Source: Sinorhizobium meliloti (GTDB lineage: Bacteria > Pseudomonadota > Alphaproteobacteria > Rhizobiales > Rhizobiaceae). From it: a DNA stretch of 32,000 bases. The stretch lies in NCBI RefSeq assembly GCF_017876815.1, contig NZ_JAGIOS010000002.1, forward strand, positions 1,616,043-1,648,042, written 5' to 3'. Positions 24,801 to 31,867 of the stretch are shown here, piece by piece (positions within the stretch are counted from its first letter, which is position 1; each line of letters opens with the position of its first letter). Position numbers and translations under genes: made by a program. The notes under the pieces were generated by a model. That model searched no databases, had not been told where the DNA came from, and worked only from the letters and a program-made list of their open reading frames with translations.

Positions 24801-27346
24801 TCGACGGCGATGACGTGGAATTTCCCGACCGAGTTTTCGGCGAGGTCGCCGGAGAACTCCGGCTTGATGCCGATTATCGGTCCCTCGGGTTTCACCGGAA
24901 GGGTCAATGTGCGCTCGATCGCGCGGCCGTCGGCCTCGCGCATGCGAACGGTCACATTGGCGTTGAGCAGCTGCGTCGTTCCGGGAACTTCGGCGAGATC
25001 GACATTGAAAACCGACTTGCCGTTTTCATCGAGCGGCTCCAGCCCCTCCAGCGGCAGGCGCGTGTCCTCGCTTGCCTCTTCGTCGGCGAGGCCGAAGAAA
25101 TAGCCATTGAACGCTTCGCTCCGGCGTGTCGGCCTCACGGCAATTTCGCCTTCGAGCGTCAGGCCCGCGGCCGGTGCGCCGTAGAGATAGCGTCCGTCGA
25201 CGGCGATTTCGATCGGGGTGCCGACCTCGATCGCCTTTGCTTCGCTCGTCAGGTCGAACTCGGTGCGGTCCGGTACGAAGTCGTCGACGAGGAACTGCTT
25301 CTCGGCGATCGCAGAGCCCTTTGGATCGGTGAAGATCTGCATCGTCCAGGTGCCGCGCATCGCATTTTCAGGGACCGGCAGATCGAGCGTATGCCCGCCG
25401 AGCTTGCCGCCGTCGCTGACGAGGCGGCGGTCCTCGACGCCGTCCGGGCGCAGGAAAACGAAGGTCAGCGGCAACTTTTCGATCGCGGCACCGTTGACGT
25501 CGCGGGTGAGCGCTGCGGCATGAACGGTTTCGCCCGCGCGATAGATGCCGCGTTCCGTCCAGGCGAAGACGTCGATCGCACCCGGTGCGGCGCGGCCGGT
25601 AACGCCTCGGTCGGAAAGGTCGAAGCCGGCGCGCGTCATGTCGAGGAACACGTAGTCGTCGCTACCCTTTCGGGCGGTGATCGCCGCCGGCGTCATGCTG
25701 GCCGTGCCGCGGATCAGCCCGGCGGAAAAGGTTGCGCGTCCTTCCGCATCGGTCGTCGCCGTCCCGAGCACCTCATTGTTCTTCGCGACCAGCTGCAATT
25801 CGACCTCTGCAAGAGGCTTGGCGCTCGCAAGCGAACGCGCGAAGACGGTAAGCCCATCCGTGCCTGCAAAGGTCGACATGCCGATGTCGGAAACGACGAA
25901 CCATTGCGTGGCGCGCGCATCCCAATCCTGTGCAAGTCCGGTTCCGGAGCTCGCCGTCAGCACGTAGACGCCGGGCTTGCGCAGCGGCAGAGCCTCGTCG
26001 ACCGGAAAGCTCGTCACCACTTCCTTGTTCAGCTCGGTCTCGATTTCGATGCTGCCCTGCCAGACCAGCTCGCCGCTCTCGTCCTTGATGCGCTCCTCGC
26101 TGTAGCCGTCGATCTGGGTCAGGAACTGGGAGCTCGTGAGCAGCGAAGAGATGTTGCGGTCGCCGATACGGTAGAGCTTGAGCTTGGCACTTTCCGTGTT
26201 GACCGAGACGATCGGAATGCCGCGACGTGCAGTCGAGGGCAGAACGAAGCTGTCGCCGGTGAAGCGGACCATCGGCGCGCGGTCCTTTACGTAGACGTCG
26301 AGGCTGACGGGCGCCTCGATGACTTCCTTGACGGAGGAGGGCAGGCCCTGCCTCAGCACGAGTTTGTAACGCTGGCCATGCGCCAGGCCTTCGACGCAGA
26401 TTTCGCTGCCCTTGGCCTCCACCGCCTTCGGCGCGGCGCCATCGAGCGTCACGAAGGGGGAATAATCTGGGCCGTTCTTCAGAAGCGGCTCGGAGAATTG
26501 CACGCAGGCGCGGGGGCTGGCGCTGTCTGCATCGACCGTGTGGCCGGTGACCCGAAAACCTTGCCGCGCCTTGAGATCGAGATAAGCCGTCTCGACCGTC
26601 TTTGCCTGCACGAGCTCGAGGCTGGCTTTGTAGGACTGAAGCGCGGCGCGATAGTTCTGCAGCTTGTCGAGTGCCTGGGCGAGAATGGCCAGCGCATGCG
26701 CGCGACTTTGCGTGGTCCGCGTCAGTTGATAGCCGTTGAGCGCGGCAAGGGCGGCTTCGCTCGCCATATCCGTGCCGGCGTCAAACCGGTTGGCGGCCTC
26801 AGCCGTCTCCAGCCACAGCGCACCGTCTTTCGGCGTTATTGCAAGCGCGCCGCGGAAGGCCTTGAGAGAGGCGACGAAGTTGCCGGCCGTCAACTCGCTG
26901 CGCGCCGTCTCGATGAGGCCGTTGACTCCGAACCCCTGCTGGTCGTCGGCCAGAACGAGATTCGCCTTCACATCGCGCGCCTGCTGCAGGAGATCATCCG
27001 AGACGAAATCGAGGCGCGGCGGTGCCCCGATGTCGGCTTCGCCGGCGGCGGTTTCGGCGACCTTGCCGGCGATGGCCCCCGGGAACGTATTCAACTGGTT
27101 GAAGTCGGACTTGAGGAAGCACCACTTCACCTTTGGATTGTAGGTGAAGGCCCTGCAGGAGCGGTCGGCAATGCAGGCACTCTGGCATTGGTCGAGCGAT
27201 ACGTTCTGCTCGGTGCGCAGATCGAAGCCGAAATAGTCGGCATCGTTGGTAATCTCGATCCGGCGTTCGGGCTCGGCCGCTGCGACCGGCATTCCCAGGG
27301 AAACGAGTGTGAAAAGAAGGGTGGAAAGACCGAGAAACGCGCGCAT
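21899..27346 (-). CDS. Bacterial alpha-2-macroglobulin family protein, thioester type, with N-terminal PAN/Apple and TPR-like modules
   Basis: About 1815 aa. The ORF track start at 27352 is a TTG; I prefer ATG 27346 (MRAFLGLSTLLFTLVSLGMPVAAAEPE), with GGGGGA 9 nt upstream. The signal peptide has no Cys, so there is no lipobox. PAN-like pattern: CQSACIADRSCRAFTYNPKVKWCFLK. Thioester motif: YPYGCAEQTTS, with the CAEQ codons at 23237..23248. The operon partner is pbpC. Confidence 0.9.
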   Translation of the reverse strand: MRAFLGLSTLLFTLVSLGMPVAAAEPERRIEITNDADYFGFDLRTEQNVSLDQCQSACIADRSCRAFTYNPKVKWCFLKSDFNQLNTFPGAIAGKVAETAAGEADIGAPPRLDFVSDDLLQQARDVKANLVLADDQQGFGVNGLIETARSELTAGNFVASLKAFRGALAITPKDGALWLETAEAANRFDAGTDMASEAALAALNGYQLTRTTQSRAHALAILAQALDKLQNYRAALQSYKASLELVQAKTVETAYLDLKARQGFRVTGHTVDADSASPRACVQFSEPLLKNGPDYSPFVTLDGAAPKAVEAKGSEICVEGLAHGQRYKLVLRQGLPSSVKEVIEAPVSLDVYVKDRAPMVRFTGDSFVLPSTARRGIPIVSVNTESAKLKLYRIGDRNISSLLTSSQFLTQIDGYSEERIKDESGELVWQGSIEIETELNKEVVTSFPVDEALPLRKPGVYVLTASSGTGLAQDWDARATQWFVVSDIGMSTFAGTDGLTVFARSLASAKPLAEVELQLVAKNNEVLGTATTDAEGRATFSAGLIRGTASMTPAAITARKGSDDYVFLDMTRAGFDLSDRGVTGRAAPGAIDVFAWTERGIYRAGETVHAAALTRDVNGAAIEKLPLTFVFLRPDGVEDRRLVSDGGKLGGHTLDLPVPENAMRGTWTMQIFTDPKGSAIAEKQFLVDDFVPDRTEFDLTSEAKAIEVGTPIEIAVDGRYLYGAPAAGLTLEGEIAVRPTRRSEAFNGYFFGLADEEASEDTRLPLEGLEPLDENGKSVFNVDLAEVPGTTQLLNANVTVRMREADGRAIERTLTLPVKPEGPIIGIKPEFSGDLAENSVGKFHVIAVDADGTRTAMPGLPWKLISVERNYQWYRDGTAWKYEPVISTKQVASGSADVTEDGAEISVPVGWGRYRLEIEAAALDGPASSVEFDAGWYVEATSTETPDGLEIALDKENYAVGETAKLKVSPRFAGELLVTVGTETLVTTKTAAIAETGGEVELPVTADWGTGAYVTATLYRPGEAQESRMPMRAIGIKWLAVDPADRKLAVSLDAPEKTEPRRPLDIGLQVRGAGTTEDAYVTVAAVDVGILNLTRYEAPDPDGWYFGQRRLGLEMRDLYGRLIDGSLGATGRLRTGGDGGQMPLQGSPPTEKLVAFFSGAIKLDAEGMANMRFDIPQFNGTARIMAVAWTKSGVGHAVKDVVIRDPVVVTASLPKFLAPGDRAELRLDIANADGPAGDYQLQVTTNGPVTVEQTAAEMVNLDASGKSALTLPLAGQYSGDGLVTVRLSNAAGLSLEQTLNIPVRPAALPVTQRHVVNVAAGSSLTVDEQLLADSLLQGASVSLNITRSAAFDIPALLMTLDRYPYGCAEQTTSRALPLLYLSELAKQAGLGDDEGVKKRVQEAIYRVLAYQSSAGSFGLWSPGSGDLWLDAYVTDFLTRAREQKFDVPEQSMVQALENLQNALSYETNVKDRGNEIAYALYVLARNRKAAISDLRYYADAMLGDFPTPLAKAHIAAALALYGDARRSQDIFAAAANMSTGLVNVSLARSDYGSSLRDGAAVLALAAESRPVPPIIPELSRVVAREWQQARYTSTQEQSWMLLAARAIQGGDEDMRIEVNGAARTGSYAARMTGDALIEHPVVIRNEGTDAVSAVVTTVAAPAQSLSAGGEGFTIERSYYTLDGTAANVSEARQNERYVVVLKVTETNDWPSRVLITDLLPAGFEIDNPSLVDSAQLSNFEWIGEVQAAHTEFRSDRFVAAFDRSTGDNREITLAYVVRAVTPGTYDHPAANVEDMYRPQFSARTATGRMEVQAAQ

Positions 27347-27527
27347 AGACAAAAGTCCCCCCGACGCTGGCCGCTTCGATTGTACATCACTTTTTCAACC
27401 TTCGCTGGGCGTTGTCAATCGAGGAAACGGCGAGTTCAGGGACAACCCGGCCCTGAAGCACGAGCCCACAAGCCAGCTCGTACGGCCAGCTTTGCCCCAG
27501 CGGATCGCTTGCGGGCCGAGGCGATCT

Positions 27528-27543
27528 TGTGATATTTCTCACA
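27528..27543. promoter_or_regulatory. Perfect 16-bp palindrome TGTGA-N6-TCACA in the A2M / DeoR-family divergent intergenic region
   Basis: TGTGATATTTCTCACA is centred 52 nt upstream of ATG 27588, in an AT-rich patch that also contains TATAAT (27571..27576). It could be a CRP/Clr-type site or a variant DeoR operator. Confidence 0.4.
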
Positions 27544-27587
27544 GATTAACATTGCGCAAAATGCTTTCTTTATAATTTGGAAGAGCC

Positions 27588-28379
27588 ATGGCCAGCCGCA
27601 GGGAAACACGCATTGCCACCTTGTCCGACGCGCTTTCGGCGCGGCGGGTCGTGCACCTGAAAGAGGCGGCGGCGCTGCTAGGCGTATCGGAAATGACCGT
27701 CCGCCGTGATGTCGCCGACAACCCTGGACTGTTCGGATATCTGGGCGGGCATATCGTACCGGCCGCCGAGATCGAAGGTGATGCGCCCTACGAGCTTGCC
27801 CGCGCGGCCGACATTCACGCCGGCGCCAAGCGGCAGGCTTGCATTCATGCCGCCCGGCACATTCGCCCCGATGAGACGATTTTCATCGATTGTGGTACGA
27901 CGCTGGAATACCTGGTCGAGCTGATACCGGACGATTACTCAATCACGGCGATATGTTATTCCATGAACACGGCCGAAAGGCTGACGCGGAAAACAAATCT
28001 CCGCATGGTAATGCTGGGCGGCGTCTATCACCCGTCGTCGGCTTCCTTTTCCGGCGCGCCTGGAATCGCGACCCTCGACCAGCTCGGCATCAATGTCGCC
28101 TTTCTTTCGGCGGCCGGAATCGACCCGGCTAGGGGAGCGACCTGCGTCCATTTCCACGAGGTGCCGGTCAAGCAAAAGGTAATTTCGCTGGCGCGCGAGA
28201 ATTACCTCGTCGCCGACAGCAGCAAGCTCGGCAAGCTGAAGGCGGCTTTCTTTGCTCCGCCCAGTGCTTTCCGGTCGCTTATCACAGAAGACGGCGAAAC
28301 CGCGTTGGCCGCCGATTTGATGCCTGTGCCGGGAATGTATGAGAGCGGACAACCCCGCCTTGACAGGCGGCGGAAATGA
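27588..28379 (+). CDS. DeoR-family transcriptional repressor (probable regulator of the downstream deoC operon)
   Basis: 263 aa. N-terminal HTH: VHLKEAAALLGVSEMTVRRDVADN. C-terminal sugar-phosphate-binding DeoR_C-like domain: ETIFIDCGTT...VMLGG...AFLSAAGID...VADSSKLGK. Confidence 0.85.
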   Translation: MASRRETRIATLSDALSARRVVHLKEAAALLGVSEMTVRRDVADNPGLFGYLGGHIVPAAEIEGDAPYELARAADIHAGAKRQACIHAARHIRPDETIFIDCGTTLEYLVELIPDDYSITAICYSMNTAERLTRKTNLRMVMLGGVYHPSSASFSGAPGIATLDQLGINVAFLSAAGIDPARGATCVHFHEVPVKQKVISLARENYLVADSSKLGKLKAAFFAPPSAFRSLITEDGETALAADLMPVPGMYESGQPRLDRRRK

Positions 28380-28399
28380 TGAAAGTTTAACAAATATCT

Positions 28400-28415
28400 T
28401 GTTAGTAAACTAACA
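28400..28415. promoter_or_regulatory. Candidate DeoR operator TGTTAG-TAAA-CTAACA upstream of deoC
   Basis: Perfect 6+6 inverted repeat in the only strongly AT-rich stretch of this region. The half-sites are identical to the E. coli DeoR operator palindrome as I recall it (TGTTAGAATTCTAACA). It overlaps a possible TTAACA-N18-TAACAT promoter. Confidence 0.5.
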
Positions 28416-28473
28416 TTCTGTTGTTCGCTCTTTGAAGCGCGCCGCCGGTGGTCCGGGAAGAGGGAGAAATCGG

Positions 28474-29478
28474 TTGGAAGACCTTGCTCTGAAAAGCGCG
28501 GCGGTGCACCCCGCCGGCGCGGGCCATAACTGGCCGCGCAATGACGGTGTAGAGCTCGACCTATCCTGGGTGCTCGATCAGCGCGTTAATCTCTCTGCGG
28601 CAGAGCGCCGCGTTCAGACGCTGCCTGGCCGGCGCACCGTCAAGAAGGACGCGCAGGCCGCCTGGCTCTTGAAAGCCGTCACCTGCATCGATCTCACGAC
28701 GCTCAACGGCGACGATACGACCGAGCGCGTCAAACGCCTCTGCGCCAAGGCGCGCCAGCCGGTGCGTCAGGACATTCTCGACGCGCTCGGCATGGGCGAT
28801 CGAGGCATCACGACCGGGGCGATCTGTGTCTATCATCGCTTCGTTTCGACCGCGGTGGAGGCCCTGGAGGGTTCCGGCATTCCCGTGGCGGCAGTGTCCA
28901 CGGGCTTTCCGGCCGGTCTCGTCCCGCACGACGTGAAGCTCAGGGAAATCAAGGCCTCGGTTGCGGATGGTGCTCGGGAAATCGACATCGTCATCACACG
29001 CGAGCACGTGCTGACCGGAAATTGGCAGGCGCTCTACGACGAAATGCGGGATTTCCGTGCGGCCTGTGGCGATGCGCATGTCAAGGCAATCCTCGCGACC
29101 GGCGATCTCAAGACGCTTCGCAACGTCGCGCGGGCTTCGCTCGTCTGCATGATGGCGGGCGCCGACTTCATCAAGACGTCGACCGGAAAAGAAGGGGTGA
29201 ACGCGACCCTGCTCGTCACCCTCGCCATGCTCAGGATGATCAGGGCCTATGAGGAGAGGACCGGTATCAAGGTCGGCTACAAGCCGGCCGGCGGCATTTC
29301 CGTCGCGAAGGATGTGCTGAACTACCAGTTCCTGATGAAGGAAGAGCTTGGGCGGGAATGGCTCGAACCGGACCTTTTCCGCGTCGGGGCATCGAGCCTG
29401 CTCGCCGACATCGAGCGCCAGCTCGAACATCATGTCAGCGGCGCCTATTCGGCCCTCAACAGACACCCGATCGGATAA
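28474..29478 (+). CDS. deoC: Deoxyribose-phosphate aldolase, long (eukaryote-like DERA) form; start codon uncertain
   Basis: The frame is open from 28432 (TTG) and has no ATG near the 5' end. I favour TTG 28474 because GAGGGAGA lies 6 nt upstream; GTG 28504 is also possible. Motifs: ELDLSWV, TCIDLTTLNGDDT, REIDIVI, VKAILATGDL, DFIKTSTGK (Schiff-base Lys region), GYKPAGGI, FRVGASSLL. Confidence 0.85.
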   Translation: MEDLALKSAAVHPAGAGHNWPRNDGVELDLSWVLDQRVNLSAAERRVQTLPGRRTVKKDAQAAWLLKAVTCIDLTTLNGDDTTERVKRLCAKARQPVRQDILDALGMGDRGITTGAICVYHRFVSTAVEALEGSGIPVAAVSTGFPAGLVPHDVKLREIKASVADGAREIDIVITREHVLTGNWQALYDEMRDFRAACGDAHVKAILATGDLKTLRNVARASLVCMMAGADFIKTSTGKEGVNATLLVTLAMLRMIRAYEERTGIKVGYKPAGGISVAKDVLNYQFLMKEELGREWLEPDLFRVGASSLLADIERQLEHHVSGAYSALNRHPIG

Positions 29479-29482
29479 TCAG

Positions 29483-31867
29483 ATGAGCGTTGCCAATTTC
29501 TTCGACGAAATGTCCTATGGCCCGGCCCCCGAAGCCGATACCGAGGCGCGCGCCTGGCTCGCTCGGCATGAAGGCAAGCTCGGCCACTTCATAAACGGCG
29601 CATTCGTCGGTTCAGCATCAGGCAAATCCTTCGACACGTTCGAGCCCGCAACGGGCAAATTGCTCGCGAAAATCGCACATGGCGGGCGCGACGACGTGAA
29701 CGCGGCGGTGGCGGCAGCGCGCAAGGCGCAGGGCCCGTGGGCAAAGCTCTCCGGACATGCCCGCGCCCGGCACCTCTATGCGCTCGCGCGCCTGATTCAG
29801 CGCCATGCGCGCCTGATCGCCGTCGTCGAAGCGCTCGACAACGGCAAGCCGATCCGGGAAACGCGCGACATCGACATACCGCTTGCCGCTCGCCATTTCT
29901 ATCATCATGCCGGCTGGGCACAGCTGCAGGAGACGGAATTCGCCGACCAGGTGCCCGTGGGCGTTGTCGGACAGGTCATCCCCTGGAACTTCCCCTTCCT
30001 GATGCTCGCCTGGAAGGTTGCGCCGGCGCTGGCGCTCGGCAATTCCGTCATCCTGAAGCCTGCGGAGTTTACGCCCTTGACGGCGCTGCTCTTCGCGGAG
30101 CTTGCCGCTGCAGCGGGTCTCCCCCCGGGCGTGCTGAACGTGGTGACGGGCGAGGGCGAGACGGGGGCGCTGATCGTCGAGCACGAGGATATCGACAAGA
30201 TCGCCTTTACCGGCTCGACCGAAGTCGGACGCCTCATCCGCGAGAAGACAGCGGGGAGCGGCAAGTCGCTGACGCTGGAGCTTGGCGGCAAGTCGCCCTT
30301 CATCGTCTTTGACGATGCCGATATCGACGCGGCGGTCGAAGGCGTCGTGGATGCGATCTGGTTCAATCAGGGCCAGGTCTGCTGCGCCGGTTCACGCCTT
30401 CTGGTGCAGGAGGGCGTGGCGCCGGTCTTTCATGACCGGTTGAAGCGGCGCATGGAGACGCTCCGCGTCGGTCATCCGCTCGACAAGGCGATCGATATGG
30501 CGGCGATCGTCGCGCCGGTGCAGTTGCAGCGAATCGAAGAGCTGGTGGCGAAGGGCGTCGCCGAAGGCGCATCGATGCATCAGCCGAAGATCGAACTCCC
30601 GAAGGGCGGCAGCTTCTTTCGGCCGACGCTGTTGACCGGCGTCCAGCCGACTTCCGTCGTCGCGACCGAGGAAATCTTCGGGCCGGTGGCCGTATCGATG
30701 ACCTTCCGTACGCCGGAGGAGGCGATCCAGCTTGCAAATCATAGCCGCTACGGCCTTGCCGCGAGCGTCTGGAGCGAAACGATCGGTCTTGCCCTGCATG
30801 TTGCCGCAAAGCTTGCGGCCGGTGTCGTCTGGGTCAATGCGACCAACCTCTTCGATGCGTCGAGCGGCTTCGGCGGAAAGCGCGAATCCGGCTTCGGCCG
30901 TGAGGGCGGGCGAGAGGGCTGCTACGAATATCTGAAGCCGAAGGCCTGGATGGGGCGCAAGCTGCGCCCCGAACACGGCTTGCCGGCCCCGAAGCAGGCC
31001 GCCGGTGATTTCGCCGTTCCGGCGCTCGATCGCACTGCCAAGCTCTTCGTCGGCGGCAAGCAGGCGCGGCCGGACGGGAACTATTCGCGGCCCGTGCTTT
31101 CCCCGAAAGGCAAGGTGATCGGCGAAGTCGGCGAGGGCAACCGCAAGGATATCCGCAATGCCGTCGTTGCGGCGCGGGGCGCCTCGGGCTGGTCTTCGGC
31201 AACAGCGCATAACCGCGCCCAGATCCTCTATTACATCGCCGAGAATCTGAGCAGCCGCGGGGCGGAATTCGCCGACCGCATCGCCGCCATGACGGGGGCC
31301 TCGGCAGCCAATGCCCGAGCGGAGGTCGAAGCTTCGATTGCCCGGCTGTTCAGCTACGGAGCCTGGGCGGACAAATACGAGGGCACCGTGCACCAGCCGC
31401 CCCTGCGCGGCGTGGCACTGGCCATGCCGGAACCCCAGGGCGTCGTCGGCGTCATCTGCCCCCCGGAAGCGCCGCTGCTCGGGCTTGTCAGTCTCGTGGC
31501 ACCGCTGATTGCAGTCGGAAACCGGGTGGTCGCCGTGCCGAGCGAAGCGCATCCTCTGGCTGCGACCGACTTCTATTCGGTCCTCGAGACCTCGGATGTG
31601 CCGCCCGGCGTCATCAATATCGTCACCGGATCTGCGATCGAACTCGCCAAGGCACTCGCCGCGCACAACGACGTGGACGCGCTCTGGGCGTTCGGCTCGC
31701 CGGAACTTTCGACACTCGTCGAGAAGCTGTCCGTCGGCAACCTCAAGCGTACCTTCGTGGATTACGGCAAGGCGATCGATTGGACGGATCGCTCGGCCGC
31801 CGAAGGACAGGCGTTCCTGCGGCGAGCGGTCGATGTCAAGAACATCTGGATTCCCTACGGCGAATAG
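29483..31867 (+). CDS. ALDH16-type two-domain aldehyde dehydrogenase (complete catalytic ALDH + C-terminal non-catalytic ALDH-like half domain)
   Basis: Start refined to ATG 29483, 4 nt after the deoC stop. 794 aa. Residues 1-~490 form a full ALDH, with VIPWNFPF, FTGSTEVG, LELGGKSP (Glu266), QGQVCCAGSR (Cys300, codon 30380..30382) and EEIFGPV. Residues ~515-794 repeat only the NAD-binding half: GVVGVICPPEAPLLGLVSLVAPLIAVGNRVVAVPSE ... PPGVINIVTG ... WAFGSPELS. They contain no ELGG or catalytic Cys. Confidence 0.85.
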   Translation: MSVANFFDEMSYGPAPEADTEARAWLARHEGKLGHFINGAFVGSASGKSFDTFEPATGKLLAKIAHGGRDDVNAAVAAARKAQGPWAKLSGHARARHLYALARLIQRHARLIAVVEALDNGKPIRETRDIDIPLAARHFYHHAGWAQLQETEFADQVPVGVVGQVIPWNFPFLMLAWKVAPALALGNSVILKPAEFTPLTALLFAELAAAAGLPPGVLNVVTGEGETGALIVEHEDIDKIAFTGSTEVGRLIREKTAGSGKSLTLELGGKSPFIVFDDADIDAAVEGVVDAIWFNQGQVCCAGSRLLVQEGVAPVFHDRLKRRMETLRVGHPLDKAIDMAAIVAPVQLQRIEELVAKGVAEGASMHQPKIELPKGGSFFRPTLLTGVQPTSVVATEEIFGPVAVSMTFRTPEEAIQLANHSRYGLAASVWSETIGLALHVAAKLAAGVVWVNATNLFDASSGFGGKRESGFGREGGREGCYEYLKPKAWMGRKLRPEHGLPAPKQAAGDFAVPALDRTAKLFVGGKQARPDGNYSRPVLSPKGKVIGEVGEGNRKDIRNAVVAARGASGWSSATAHNRAQILYYIAENLSSRGAEFADRIAAMTGASAANARAEVEASIARLFSYGAWADKYEGTVHQPPLRGVALAMPEPQGVVGVICPPEAPLLGLVSLVAPLIAVGNRVVAVPSEAHPLAATDFYSVLETSDVPPGVINIVTGSAIELAKALAAHNDVDALWAFGSPELSTLVEKLSVGNLKRTFVDYGKAIDWTDRSAAEGQAFLRRAVDVKNIWIPYGE

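Noticed and set aside
27353-27527. Promoter for the A2M-pbpC operon (TTGACA and TACAAT hexamers on the minus strand).
   Set aside because: The two hexamers are 28 nt apart, and the alternative TTGAAA is only 8 nt from TACAAT. No combination has acceptable spacing.
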